A program made the translations under genes and the position numbers. A DNA stretch of 64,000 nt, from positions 57,591 through 121,590 of the forward strand of contig JAJTHM010000012.1 of the NCBI GenBank assembly GCA_021297855.1. Reading direction: 5' to 3'. Below are positions 18,355 through 28,824 of this stretch, one piece after another. Origin of the DNA: Sphingobacteriales bacterium. GTDB lineage: Bacteria > Bacteroidota > Bacteroidia > Chitinophagales > JADJOU01. The notes beneath the pieces were generated by a model, which did not search any database, was not told the origin of the DNA, and saw only the letters and a program-made list of their open reading frames with translations. Every line of letters starts with the position of its first letter. Within the stretch, counting starts at the first letter, position 1.

Positions 18355-18825
18355 TTGAAAATAGCTGTTTTTCCAGGATCATTTGACCCAATTACTATTG
18401 GTCATGTAGATATTGTCAAACGCAGTATACCGCTGTTTGATAAAATTATTATCGCAATTGGCGTCAACACACAAAAGAAATATCTATTCTCACTGGAGCA
18501 GCGCACTCAATGGATCAAAGAAGTTTTCAAAAATTATCCTACCATAGAAGTCAGTAGTTATATGGGACTAACCATCAATTACTGTAAGGAAATAGGCGCG
18601 GATTATTTATTAAGGGGTATTCGTTCAGCTTCAGATTTCGAATATGAAAAGACCATAGCCCATCTAAATCATAGCATGGAATCTGGCATCGAAACTATAC
18701 TGATGTTGTCTCCACCAGAGTATTCCTCTATATCTTCTACGATAGTTCGCGAAATTATTTTGGGAAAAGGGGACGTGAGTAAGTTTGTACCGAAAGAAAT
18801 TGTAGAGAGTATGGCTGTGATTTAA
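18355..18825 (+). CDS. coaD: pantetheine-phosphate adenylyltransferase
   Basis: TTG start. FPGSFDPITIGHVDI (T/HxGH), SSISSTIVREI. Confidence 0.9.
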   Translation: MKIAVFPGSFDPITIGHVDIVKRSIPLFDKIIIAIGVNTQKKYLFSLEQRTQWIKEVFKNYPTIEVSSYMGLTINYCKEIGADYLLRGIRSASDFEYEKTIAHLNHSMESGIETILMLSPPEYSSISSTIVREIILGKGDVSKFVPKEIVESMAVI

Positions 18826-18836
18826 TAACAATCCAT

Positions 18837-18844
18837 TATATTTG
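18837..18844 (+). promoter_or_regulatory. candidate -7 box (TATATTTG) for tRNA-Arg
   Basis: TAnnTTTG match ending 11 nt upstream of tRNA position 1. Confidence 0.4.
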
Positions 18845-18855
18845 CATTACAAAAT

Positions 18856-18929
18856 GGCTGCGTAGTTCAACTGGATAGAATAACAGATTTCGACTCTGTT
18901 GGTTAGGGGTTCGAATCCCTTCGCGGTCA
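18856..18929 (+). tRNA. tRNA-Arg (anticodon UCG)
   Basis: Hand-folded cloverleaf of 74 nt. Acceptor GGCTGCG/CGCGGTC, D stem GTTC/GAAT, anticodon stem ACAGA/TCTGT with loop TT-TCG-AC, T arm AGGGG-TTCGAAT-CCCTT, discriminator A. No encoded CCA. Confidence 0.9.
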
Positions 18930-19012
18930 CTATATTAGTTCTCAGTATTAAGTCACAGTATCTGTTTTAAATGATAAACTAATACTCGTTGCTGCCTATC
19001 GAGATATAAACA

Positions 19013-19897
19013 ATGACTTCTTATTTTAATATTGGCGGGGTACCAGAGCATTTCAATATCCCTTTTCGAAAGGCGATAGATGAAGGGGTATTTAGCACCC
19101 GGAATATTGAACTAATCTGGAAAGATTATCGGGGCGGAACTGGCGATTTAATCAAGGCGATTAAAGAAAAGCAAATTGATATAGGAGTTGTTCTGACGGA
19201 AGGAGCAGTGAAGGCTATAGCTGACGGAGCGCCTATGAAAATAGTGCAGGTTTACGTCAATTCCCCATTATACTGGGGTATATACTGTGGAAATCATTCT
19301 AAATTTACTAAGCTGAACGAGGTTGAAAATCCATCTTTTTGTATCAGTCGGTTTGGCAGTGGATCGCACTTGATGGCTTATCTTCTGTGTCAGCAGCAAG
19401 GCTGGACTATGGATAAAGTGGAGTTTGTGGAGGTAGGAAGTTTCTCAGGTGCGCTAAAAGAATTCAACCAAAGCCCAGATAGATTGTTTCTATGGGAGCG
19501 CTTTATGACTAAACCATACCTTGATAGTGGTACATTAAAAAAAATAGGAGAAATCCCAACTCCTTGGGCCTCGTTTAGCATTGTGGCTCATCATGATATA
19601 TTAATAGAAAACGAAGATAGACTCATAGAAATATTAAAAACAATTTCAGACTATACTTATAAGTTTAAGCAAAATACGCTGGACTCGGTAGATTATATAT
19701 CTAATTATTTTGAATTTTCCGTTTCAGATATGAAGAATTGGATTCAAGATACAGATTGGAATTACTTATTAGACGTGCCCTATCCCAAATTGAAAATTGC
19801 ACTAGATTTTTTAAAGGAGGTTCTGCTAGTAGACAAGAATTTTGATATTCAGTCTCTGTGTCCAGATGACAATTTTTGGAGAAAATGCTCGTTATAG
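19013..19897 (+). CDS. hypothetical protein, possibly type-2 periplasmic-binding-fold (NMT1/SsuA-like) but without a signal peptide
   Basis: 294 aa. The weak family impression rests on IGGVPEHFNIPF, IDIGVVLTEG and ISRFGSGSHLM. Not confidently assigned. Confidence 0.4.
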   Translation: MTSYFNIGGVPEHFNIPFRKAIDEGVFSTRNIELIWKDYRGGTGDLIKAIKEKQIDIGVVLTEGAVKAIADGAPMKIVQVYVNSPLYWGIYCGNHSKFTKLNEVENPSFCISRFGSGSHLMAYLLCQQQGWTMDKVEFVEVGSFSGALKEFNQSPDRLFLWERFMTKPYLDSGTLKKIGEIPTPWASFSIVAHHDILIENEDRLIEILKTISDYTYKFKQNTLDSVDYISNYFEFSVSDMKNWIQDTDWNYLLDVPYPKLKIALDFLKEVLLVDKNFDIQSLCPDDNFWRKCSL

Positions 19898-19927
19898 CTA
19901 AATATTTATGCCAGTTAGTTTTCCTCT

Positions 19928-20605
19928 GTGAATTATATTTCCCATTATTATTGTCTAAAAGATAAAAATCCCTACACTACTTTGGGGACACTTTTGCCAG
20001 ATATAATTCCACATTTTTCTTATTTGCATAATAAATATTTTTTGCATTATAATTCCCAGTCACTTAATAAAGAAGAATTTCAACTTTGGCTCGGAGTGGA
20101 GAATCACTATGCGGATGACAGTTTTTTTCACTCTATGTCATTGTTTAAGCAAGGGATGATAAGCATAGAAGAAGAGATGCATAAAAATTTAGTTCTTAAA
20201 GAACTTAGGAGAAAATATCTGATTTCTCACGTTCTTTATGAACTAATCCTCGATCATTTGATCCTAGAGAGATTTCCAGATATTGCTGAGAATATCTATG
20301 CTGATTTAGAGCAGGTTGATATATCGAAATTAGGAATATTTCTAAAAAAAATAATAGGCGAAAATGAAAAAGTTAACCTATTTTTGGATTCATATGATAG
20401 ATTTCTCGATAGGCGATTTTTGGGTTTTTACGGCATAGATAGCAATTTAGTAAAATCGCTGCATATGGTATCTGGTAAAATAAGCCAGTGGGATTTCAAT
20501 AAAGAGACAATCAATGGATTTACGGCGATAATAAGAAAAATGAAGAAGGAGATTGATTTTAAGTTAGTATTCGAAAGTATATTTAAACACAAGGAGATAA
20601 GGTGA
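19928..20605 (+). CDS. hypothetical protein, possibly ACP phosphodiesterase (AcpH/DUF479)-like
   Basis: GTG start. MNYISHYY resembles the AcpH N-terminus MNFLAHL. H..DD.FH and LILDHL motifs are in comparable positions. Weak assignment. Confidence 0.4.
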   Translation: MNYISHYYCLKDKNPYTTLGTLLPDIIPHFSYLHNKYFLHYNSQSLNKEEFQLWLGVENHYADDSFFHSMSLFKQGMISIEEEMHKNLVLKELRRKYLISHVLYELILDHLILERFPDIAENIYADLEQVDISKLGIFLKKIIGENEKVNLFLDSYDRFLDRRFLGFYGIDSNLVKSLHMVSGKISQWDFNKETINGFTAIIRKMKKEIDFKLVFESIFKHKEIR

Positions 20606-21762
20606 AGCATATCGTGATTTTGATTCTGATTACAGGAAGCGTGAACGTAAATTCACAGTCTGTTCGAAAATATTCAAATGAATTTTTAAAAATTGGTGTT
20701 GGAGGGAAATATTTAGGAACAGGAGGATCTTTAGTGACTTCTGAATCCGACCCTGCTTCTGTATTTTATAATCCTGCAGGTGTTGGAGCATTTGACCGTG
20801 TTTCAGTTTCCGCGATGCACAATTCCTATTTTGCAGGAATCGCCAACTTTGATTATGTGGGAGTAGTTTTCCCATTGAAATATCGACAAAATATTGGAGT
20901 TAGTCTAATACGCTTTGGCATAGATAATATCCCCAATACAATTCAGTTATACAATCCAGATGGTAGTATAAATTACGATAGAATAAGTTCGTTTTCAATT
21001 TCAGATATGGCATTGTTTCTCAGTTTCGGTAGGAGATTACAAGATACTCAGGGTTTGTCATTTGGAGGAAATGTCAAAATTATAAAAAGAGACTATGGTT
21101 CCTTTGCCAATGCATGGGGATTTGGAGTCGATGCTGGAGTTCAGTATGCGACAGACAAATATAGGCTGGGTATTTTTCTGCAAGATATTAGCTCAACCTT
21201 TTCTAGCTGGAATTTCACTTTTGATGATTCTACCAAAAAAGTCTTTGCGGCTACTGGAAATGAGATACCATCTTCTTCGAGTGAGATTACTTTGCCAAGT
21301 GTGCACTTTGGCGGTCAATATAATTTCCTTTTTGGAAAAGGGAAACAAATGAAGTTTTCTCCCATGGGCAAAGTTTCAATATACACAGATAAGCGAAATG
21401 TATTACTCCCAGGTCCGGTAAGTGCGGATGTCTCTCTAGGGGGCGAATTTGGTATTTATCACATCGCATTTTTACGATTTGGATTGAGTAATTTTACCAA
21501 GGCTACTAATGACTTAGGGGAAGATTATCTCAGTTTTCAACCTTCAATAGGCGCAGGGTTTAGACTCAATCAGTTTGATATAGATTATGCATTTAATAAT
21601 GTTGGAAACTCTGGTGTAGGTCTTTATTCACATGTTTTTTCGCTTTCTTATAGATTTAAGAAAAAAGATAAATATAGTAGACCGAATGTGGCGCCTGAAA
21701 ATTCTCCATCTAGCCCGAACACACCAGGCAACAATGATAATATACCAGTAAAATTAGATTGA
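20602..21762 (+). CDS. PorV/PorQ-family (FadL-like) outer-membrane beta-barrel, T9SS-associated
   Basis: Signal peptide. N-terminal hatch motif EFLKIGVGGKYLGTGGSLVTSESDPASVFYNPAGVG. Alternating beta-strand pattern with the barrel ending ...FSLSYRF. GTGA start/stop overlap with the upstream gene, and 4 nt before the C25 peptidase gene. Confidence 0.7.
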   Translation: MKHIVILILITGSVNVNSQSVRKYSNEFLKIGVGGKYLGTGGSLVTSESDPASVFYNPAGVGAFDRVSVSAMHNSYFAGIANFDYVGVVFPLKYRQNIGVSLIRFGIDNIPNTIQLYNPDGSINYDRISSFSISDMALFLSFGRRLQDTQGLSFGGNVKIIKRDYGSFANAWGFGVDAGVQYATDKYRLGIFLQDISSTFSSWNFTFDDSTKKVFAATGNEIPSSSSEITLPSVHFGGQYNFLFGKGKQMKFSPMGKVSIYTDKRNVLLPGPVSADVSLGGEFGIYHIAFLRFGLSNFTKATNDLGEDYLSFQPSIGAGFRLNQFDIDYAFNNVGNSGVGLYSHVFSLSYRFKKKDKYSRPNVAPENSPSSPNTPGNNDNIPVKLD

Positions 21763-21766
21763 GCAT

Positions 21767-24700
21767 ATGAAGAAAATTTTACTTCTCTTTGTTTTATTAA
21801 TTAGTTTATCAGTTAGGAGCCAAGGACCATACGGCCATGAGTGGATAGATGCTGCGAAGGTACATTACAAATTTCCTATTATCAATACTGGAATATATAG
21901 AATTCCGTATTCATTTTTACAAGCCAATTGTCCTGAAATAGCCAATGGTAGTAAGGCTGAAATATGTATGTATAATAATGGAAATCAGGTTCCAATTTAT
22001 ATTTCTTGGACAGGAAGTCCAAGTTCTAGTGACTTTATAGAATTTTACGGGAAGAGATTAGATGCTGAAATTGATAAACGATTGTATGCAGATTCAAATT
22101 TTGTTTTAAATCCTTTTTCCAGTCTTTTTAAAGATACAAATTATTATTTTCTTACCTTAAGATCTGGTTCAAACCTGCGAATAATAGAATATAACAATGA
22201 TACTGCTAGTATTGCAGATCCCTATCTGAATCATTGCATTGCGACGGCACTGAATCAATACAAAGTAGCCTATAGCGATGGAAGACGCTGGTACTATTCA
22301 GCTACACAATATTCAATAAGACCTTCCTACGATATTGGTGAAGGATGGGGAACCAATGCTTATACTAGTTTAAATTTTTCAACTCCGAATTTTGTGAACA
22401 CAAGTGGCTTAAGTGCTAAACTAAGAGCAAGACTTTTTGCACGAAATGAATCATCTCACAATTTGGAATTTAAAATAAATGGTATCTTGGTAGGAACACA
22501 GAACGCTGTTGGTAGCACTCTAATTAATTTTGAAAATGATATTCCAGCTAGTTCTGTTACTTCTGCCACTACCTCACTTGCTATAGCCCCATTACTCCCA
22601 AATAATCACGGCTATTGCTTAGGATATGCTTCTCTGGCCTATCCCCGAGACTTTAGTTTTTCTGGACTCAATCAATTTAGTTTTTCCCTACCACCTTCTT
22701 TAGGTTCTGTTCGATTTCAAATTTCTAATTATAACTCAACTAATGAAGTGGTACTTCACGATATGGCCAACAATACAAGGACTGCACATCAAGCAGCATC
22801 CGGACATCGTTTCTTAGTTAATGCCCAAGGTGCCAAAAGTCAGTTGGCTATAGCGCACACGGCTTCTATTTTAAGTGTAAATTCGATAGTTAAATATAAT
22901 TTCTCAAATCTTTTGACGCAACGTGGAAATTTTGTAATAATAGCTAATAGAGCCATGCAATTCGATTCTAGTGGAGTCGATATAACCCAGCAATACAAAA
23001 ATTATAAGGAATCAGTCGCTGGCGGATCTTTTCAGGTAGTGGTGGCTTATATGGATGAGTTGCAAGAAATGTTTGGTTATGGTCATCCAAAACATCCATT
23101 GGCTATTCGCAAATTTTTGCAATGGTCGCAAATATGGGGAGGGAAGGTTCCTAAACATGCCCTGCTCATTGGCAAAGGATTTGCTACAAATAGTCTATTT
23201 AGCGCAGTCGGAACCAATTACACAAACAATTTTATTCCATCGTTTGGGCACGCTCCATCGGATTATCATTACGGCACCATGGATGGATCAGATATACAAT
23301 TTATTAGTATTGGACGATTGGCAGTGACTAATGGCCAAACGGTCAAAAATTATTTAGAAAAGCTCAAGGAGTACAATTCGGAATACAATGCAACCTCCGA
23401 TTTAGATCAAAATCCAAATAAAAAAGAGTATATGAAGTGGGTAGTGCATCTCGGCGGGGGCACTGGCGCGCAGCAGCAAGCGGACTATAGAGCCAATCTG
23501 CAATCGTACGAAGCTATTGCAAAAGATACGCTTTATGGTGCACGGACTTTTTCTGTTTTTAAAAATGGACCAGATATTTCAGAAGATGTCACTTCGGTAG
23601 ATTTATCCAATAGAATTAATAAGGGCGTAAGCTTAATTACCTTTTTTGGGCATTCTTCGGCTACAATTTTTGATGTAGGCATTGGCGAGCCGAGCACATT
23701 TACCAATAAAGGAAAATATCCTGTTTTTTTGGCGAATGGATGTAATTCAGGATTTTTCTACGGTGGAGGCTTATCTTATTCTGAGAGTTTTATAAATTTG
23801 AAGGATAAAGGAGCAATCGGTTTTCTGGCGACAACTAATACGGCATTGGATGCTGCTCTATATCAATATGGAAACGCATTCTATGAACAATTGACCAAGA
23901 ATTCCTACAATATGTCGGTAGGTGAAGTAGCAAAAAATGCCAGTGCTGCTCTGCTATCAGGTGGCGTTATGAACTATTTGAATACTACTTTTATGGAGTT
24001 TAATCTCAATGGAGATCCTTCTGTGCCAATAACTCAATATGCCAAGCCAGACTATTACATAGGTTCTAGTTCTATTATTTTACCAACATATAATTTGAAT
24101 ACTATTATCGACTCGTTTCCAGTCAAAATAATTATACATAATCTCGGAAAGGCCATACGCGGGAGTATCAAGATAAAGTTAGAGAGGATCAATAATGGCA
24201 ATTCAGCTATCTATGAAAAGATTGTGACAGCTCCGATTTTTATTGACACCTTTGTGCTAAATATTCCTACACGTGACCAAAATTTTGGGATAGGCATTAA
24301 TTCGTTCAATGTAAAAGTAGATGCAGATGATTCTTACTCAGAAATTTCTGAAGTCAATAATGAAATTAAAAATACAGGGAATATATTAATTGAAAACGAC
24401 GATATACTACCTATATTCCCTTATGAATACTCAATAGTATCTTCCAATACGGCTAAGTTGATAGCTATGTCAACACTATTAAATAGACCGACAAGGAGCT
24501 ATGTATTTCAAATCGACACCACAGAGGAATTCAATAGTTCATTTTTAAAAACGTACAAATCAGATATTACAAATGAAAGTATTATTACTTGGCAACCATC
24601 TTTAGTTTTTCAAGACTCCTCCGTTTATTATTGGAGGGTGAGCAAAGATTCTCTGCCTGGACAAGGTTATAGATGGAATAATTCTTCTTTTATCTATATA

Positions 24701-26803
24701 CCAAATCAACCATTGGGAGGATGGAATCAGTCTCATTATTTTCAGTATCTTAAAAATGCATACAAGAATGTATTTATCGGATCTTCGAGAAGTTTTCAAT
24801 TTGTCAATGATGTAAAAAGTATTTCATTTAAGATTAATGGAAGTAACAATACCTACGAGGTAGAATGGTACTTGAATAATGCTCGTCAAGCAGTATTAAG
24901 AGAAGCGGGAAGAATGACAAACGGAATTTTTGTAATATGGATAGATGGTAAGTCGGGAATAGCTCGCCAAAGTATGGATTCAAATTATGGCTCAAGAGTT
25001 TGGGGGAGTTTTGGGTCCATTCAGTTTGGTTATACAGGTATTCCAAGAGAAGGATTCGTTTTTCAAGATACAGGACTGACACCTGTCAATCACCCAATGC
25101 CAAATACCCCATGGTCTTCGGTTATGCTCAGCTTCTTAAATCAAGTGCCCGATGGCGACTATTTATTATTTTACTCGAATAAGAGACCTGTTTATCCTTC
25201 CTGGAGTGCGGATTTGAAAAACTATTTTTTCAATGCGGGCTTTTCTAGTCTGCAGCAACTAGTCAATGGTACAGTGGTGGCACCATTTATCTTTGGATAT
25301 AGAAAAAATATATCCAGTTTTCCTATTTATCAGAAATTGGGAACGGATTATACTAGTTTTACTACTGGAGAAATGTTCATCAATGGTAGCTGGAAAGAAG
25401 GCTTTAAAGAATCTGTCTTAGCCGGTCCAGCGAAAAAATGGCATACACTAAGCTATAGAACGGAGGCTGCAGAACCTATGAGTCAGGATATTAATTCCAT
25501 AGAATTGTATGGTGTAAAATCAAATAAACAAAGAGAACTATTAAAGACCTTTAATACACCAGTGCTCGACACTAATATTGAATGGATTGATCCCAATACC
25601 TATTTGAATCTGCAGTTAAAACTAAATACTAAAGATGAATTAAATAGAACGCCAGCCCAGTTAAAGCATTGGCGAATCTATTTTGAAGATATAGGGGAAG
25701 TAGCTATAAACAGCTCCTCAAACCTAGTTCCAAAAATGCGAGATACTATAGAAAATGGGGAGAAAATTACTTTAAATTTTGGAGTAGAGACCCTTAATTC
25801 CAATAGCTTTGACTCTCTAAGTTACAGGATAATCATTAGTCAAGGGAATCAGACCAAACAATTGATCGGTAAGACCGCTCCTTTAGCAGGCAACACCTTT
25901 CAATTAGTTCAGCGAGAGTTGACCTTGAACGATTATTTCGAAGGTCAAAATTCTGTGAGTTATGAGATCAATCCAACTAATCTGGCTTATCAAAAAGAAA
26001 AATTTGAGGTAAACAATTATAGTAAGTCAAGCTTTTTCGTAAAATCGGATATAGAGAATCCCCTTCTTGATGTGACATTTGACGGAGTTCATATCATCAA
26101 TAATGAGCTAGTATCCAGTTCCCCAAATATCAGAATAGCCCTTAAAGATGAAAACAAGTATTTGCTCCTCGACGATACTTCGCTTATTAAGTTATTCTTG
26201 CGATATCCTGATGGTAGCCAAAGACCCATTCTTTTTTCCCAAGCCGGCGTCAATTATACCTTGGCTAGTTCGGGGAGCAATCGAGCAGAGATTAATTATA
26301 AACCAGAACTTAGCGATGGAACCTATCAACTCATAGTGAAGGATAGCGATAGAGCAGGCAATAGCAGCAGCCCCAATGGCAGCTTTAACTTTAAAATTTC
26401 TTTTCAGGTTATCACAAAAAGTCAAGTTTCACATTTTGTAAACTATCCCAATCCGTTTACTACAGCTACTCAGTTTGTTTTTACTTTGACAGGAGCGAAG
26501 GTTCCAGACTTTATTAAAATTCAGATTATCAATATAAGAGGACAAGTCGTAAAAGAAATTTTCAAAGAGGACCTAGGGCCACTCAAACTCGGGATAAATA
26601 GAACTCAATACGCCTGGGATGGTAAAGATCAATACGGAGATGCCTTAGCCAATGGAGTCTATCTCTATAAAGTCACGGTAAAAAACAATGGTGAGGATAT
26701 ACCAATGATGGATGAAAAAGACTTTAAGTCTATTAATAAATCAAACAAGAACCTGGGCCAATATTTCAAAGATGGCTGGGGCAAGATGGTGATAATAAGA
26801 TAG
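21767..26803 (+). CDS. giant C25 (gingipain-like) cysteine peptidase with a T9SS C-terminal domain; PorU-like sortase paralogue
   Basis: 1678 aa with a signal peptide. C25-like core: GNFVIIANRAM, IPSFGHAPSDYHYG, ITFFGHSS (putative His), FLANGCNSGF (putative Cys). C-terminal sorting domain: NYPNPFTTATQFVFTL...IINIRGQVVKEI...GVYLYKVTV...GKMVIIR. Confidence 0.75.
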   Translation: MKKILLLFVLLISLSVRSQGPYGHEWIDAAKVHYKFPIINTGIYRIPYSFLQANCPEIANGSKAEICMYNNGNQVPIYISWTGSPSSSDFIEFYGKRLDAEIDKRLYADSNFVLNPFSSLFKDTNYYFLTLRSGSNLRIIEYNNDTASIADPYLNHCIATALNQYKVAYSDGRRWYYSATQYSIRPSYDIGEGWGTNAYTSLNFSTPNFVNTSGLSAKLRARLFARNESSHNLEFKINGILVGTQNAVGSTLINFENDIPASSVTSATTSLAIAPLLPNNHGYCLGYASLAYPRDFSFSGLNQFSFSLPPSLGSVRFQISNYNSTNEVVLHDMANNTRTAHQAASGHRFLVNAQGAKSQLAIAHTASILSVNSIVKYNFSNLLTQRGNFVIIANRAMQFDSSGVDITQQYKNYKESVAGGSFQVVVAYMDELQEMFGYGHPKHPLAIRKFLQWSQIWGGKVPKHALLIGKGFATNSLFSAVGTNYTNNFIPSFGHAPSDYHYGTMDGSDIQFISIGRLAVTNGQTVKNYLEKLKEYNSEYNATSDLDQNPNKKEYMKWVVHLGGGTGAQQQADYRANLQSYEAIAKDTLYGARTFSVFKNGPDISEDVTSVDLSNRINKGVSLITFFGHSSATIFDVGIGEPSTFTNKGKYPVFLANGCNSGFFYGGGLSYSESFINLKDKGAIGFLATTNTALDAALYQYGNAFYEQLTKNSYNMSVGEVAKNASAALLSGGVMNYLNTTFMEFNLNGDPSVPITQYAKPDYYIGSSSIILPTYNLNTIIDSFPVKIIIHNLGKAIRGSIKIKLERINNGNSAIYEKIVTAPIFIDTFVLNIPTRDQNFGIGINSFNVKVDADDSYSEISEVNNEIKNTGNILIENDDILPIFPYEYSIVSSNTAKLIAMSTLLNRPTRSYVFQIDTTEEFNSSFLKTYKSDITNESIITWQPSLVFQDSSVYYWRVSKDSLPGQGYRWNNSSFIYIPNQPLGGWNQSHYFQYLKNAYKNVFIGSSRSFQFVNDVKSISFKINGSNNTYEVEWYLNNARQAVLREAGRMTNGIFVIWIDGKSGIARQSMDSNYGSRVWGSFGSIQFGYTGIPREGFVFQDTGLTPVNHPMPNTPWSSVMLSFLNQVPDGDYLLFYSNKRPVYPSWSADLKNYFFNAGFSSLQQLVNGTVVAPFIFGYRKNISSFPIYQKLGTDYTSFTTGEMFINGSWKEGFKESVLAGPAKKWHTLSYRTEAAEPMSQDINSIELYGVKSNKQRELLKTFNTPVLDTNIEWIDPNTYLNLQLKLNTKDELNRTPAQLKHWRIYFEDIGEVAINSSSNLVPKMRDTIENGEKITLNFGVETLNSNSFDSLSYRIIISQGNQTKQLIGKTAPLAGNTFQLVQRELTLNDYFEGQNSVSYEINPTNLAYQKEKFEVNNYSKSSFFVKSDIENPLLDVTFDGVHIINNELVSSSPNIRIALKDENKYLLLDDTSLIKLFLRYPDGSQRPILFSQAGVNYTLASSGSNRAEINYKPELSDGTYQLIVKDSDRAGNSSSPNGSFNFKISFQVITKSQVSHFVNYPNPFTTATQFVFTLTGAKVPDFIKIQIINIRGQVVKEIFKEDLGPLKLGINRTQYAWDGKDQYGDALANGVYLYKVTVKNNGEDIPMMDEKDFKSINKSNKNLGQYFKDGWGKMVIIR

Positions 26804-26810
26804 TATAAAA

Positions 26811-28457
26811 ATGAAAATAGCCCTCTCGCAGCAGAATTATATTCTTGGAGACTTTGAATATAATACCAATAAAATAATCCAGGATATACAAATAGCTATT
26901 GCTAAGGATATAGATCTTATTGTTTTTTCTGAGCTTTGTTTAACGGGCTATCCTCCTACTGATTTTTTTTACTTCCACGATTATTATGTCAAATTAGAAA
27001 AGTGTTTTGCAAGACTGTTTCCATTTAGTCATCAGACAGGAATTTTTGTCGGAGCTCCGCGCAGAAATCCATCAAAACAAGGGAAAGATTATTTTAATTC
27101 AGCCTTTCTTCTTTATCATGGTAAAGTCCAACACATAACAGATAAGACTCTACTGCCCACCTATGATATTTTTGACGAATATCGCTACTTTGAACCAAAT
27201 AAAAACTTCAAGTGTATTGATTTTAAAGGTAAAAAGCTTGCGGTGACGATATGTGAAGATATCTGGGATATCGAGGCGGATAATCCGATTTATGGTAAAA
27301 CACCCTTAGAGGAGCTCGTCAAAGAATCTCCTGATTATATCATTAATCTTTCAGCTTCACCTTTTTCCTACAGTCATAGTGAAGCGAGAAAAAAAGTGGT
27401 AAGTCAGAATTGTCTTACCTACAAGATTCCTATGGTGTATGTGAGCTCTGTAGGTGCTCAGACCGAGCTAGTATTCGATGGGGGCTCTATGGTTTGCAAT
27501 GCAGCAGGGGAAATCGTCTATGAATTAAAGTATTTTGAAGAAGATTTTGGGATAGTGGATATGGAAACTATTTCTACCATATATCAGACTCAACCTGTGC
27601 TAGAAAAAGTAGAGCGTAAATATGAAGCTTTAGTGCTCGGTATTCGCGATTATTTTCAGAAATTGAAAATGAAAAGAGCTGTTATTGGTCTGTCTGGAGG
27701 TATAGACTCAGCGCTTACGCTCGCTTTAGCAGCAGAGGCTTTGGGTTCAGAAAATGTATTAAGTGTATTGATGCCAAGTCAGCACTCTAGCCAACATTCC
27801 ATTGATGATGCCCTTCAGATCTGCGAGAATTTGCATAGTCCCTACCAAATCATTCCTATTAAAGAAAACTATGAGGCGATCATTTCTTCTTTACAACCTA
27901 TGTTTGAAGGAAAGAATGAAGACGTGACTGAAGAGAATATTCAAGCGAGAATTCGAGGGATTCTCCTGATGGCTATTTCGAATAAGTTTGGCAATTTACT
28001 TTTAAATACCTCAAATAAATCAGAGGTAGCTGTTGGATACGGAACCCTCTACGGCGATATGTGTGGTGCGCTTGCGGTGCTAGGTGATGTCTATAAAACA
28101 GAGGTCTATGCTATGTGTGAATTTATCAATAGAAAAGCTCAAAAGGAAGTCGGACATGATATTATTCCTCAGCACACGATAGCTAAACCACCAAGTGCAG
28201 AGCTCAGGCCAGGACAGAAGGACCAAGATTCGCTCCCTCCATATGAAGTTTTGGATGCGATTTTATACCTCTATATCAATAAAGAAAAGGGATTAGAAGA
28301 GGTGGTGGCTTCAGGTTTTGAGCGAGGCTTGGTAGAGAAAGTATTTAACCTCGTCAATAGAAATGAGTTTAAACGATTTCAAACACCACCCATTATACGT
28401 GTGAGCTCTAAGGCTTTCGGCTTTGGGAGGAGGATACCGATAGTTGCAAAGTTTTAG
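26811..28457 (+). CDS. nadE: glutamine-dependent NAD+ synthetase
   Basis: N-terminal CN-hydrolase domain (FSELCLTGYPP, VTICEDIW) plus a PP-loop synthetase domain (GLSGGIDSAL). Confidence 0.9.
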   Translation: MKIALSQQNYILGDFEYNTNKIIQDIQIAIAKDIDLIVFSELCLTGYPPTDFFYFHDYYVKLEKCFARLFPFSHQTGIFVGAPRRNPSKQGKDYFNSAFLLYHGKVQHITDKTLLPTYDIFDEYRYFEPNKNFKCIDFKGKKLAVTICEDIWDIEADNPIYGKTPLEELVKESPDYIINLSASPFSYSHSEARKKVVSQNCLTYKIPMVYVSSVGAQTELVFDGGSMVCNAAGEIVYELKYFEEDFGIVDMETISTIYQTQPVLEKVERKYEALVLGIRDYFQKLKMKRAVIGLSGGIDSALTLALAAEALGSENVLSVLMPSQHSSQHSIDDALQICENLHSPYQIIPIKENYEAIISSLQPMFEGKNEDVTEENIQARIRGILLMAISNKFGNLLLNTSNKSEVAVGYGTLYGDMCGALAVLGDVYKTEVYAMCEFINRKAQKEVGHDIIPQHTIAKPPSAELRPGQKDQDSLPPYEVLDAILYLYINKEKGLEEVVASGFERGLVEKVFNLVNRNEFKRFQTPPIIRVSSKAFGFGRRIPIVAKF

Positions 28458-28623
28458 TAAGAAATGTCTTAAATTTGACATATAAAATAAAAAAGAATCG
28501 ACCTTTAATAATCTAAATGTAAACATATGAAATGAGCATTGAAATAATCAAGCATTTTCACACAAAGCGATGATTATTTTCTATGCGAATAGCATGTGAC
28601 CATTAAAACTAAAAAATGAACAC

Positions 28624-28824
28624 ATGAAAATTAAAATTTTAATACATAAAGAAGAGAATGGCTACTGGGCAGAAGCTCCATCTATATTGGGTTGCGTATC
28701 TCAAGGAGATACTTATGAAGAACTTATTGAAAATATGAAAGAGGCTATAGAAGGCTGTCTTAGTATAGATATGGAAGAAATGGAACTTATTGAAAATACA
28801 GAAGTTTTGGAGTTAATGATATGA
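28624..28824 (+). CDS. hicB: type II antitoxin, HicB family (UPF0150-type)
   Basis: 66 aa. IHKEENGYWAEAPSILGCVSQGDTYEELIENMKEAIEGCL is a typical HicB N-domain. 4-nt overlap with hicA. Confidence 0.8.
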   Translation: MKIKILIHKEENGYWAEAPSILGCVSQGDTYEELIENMKEAIEGCLSIDMEEMELIENTEVLELMI

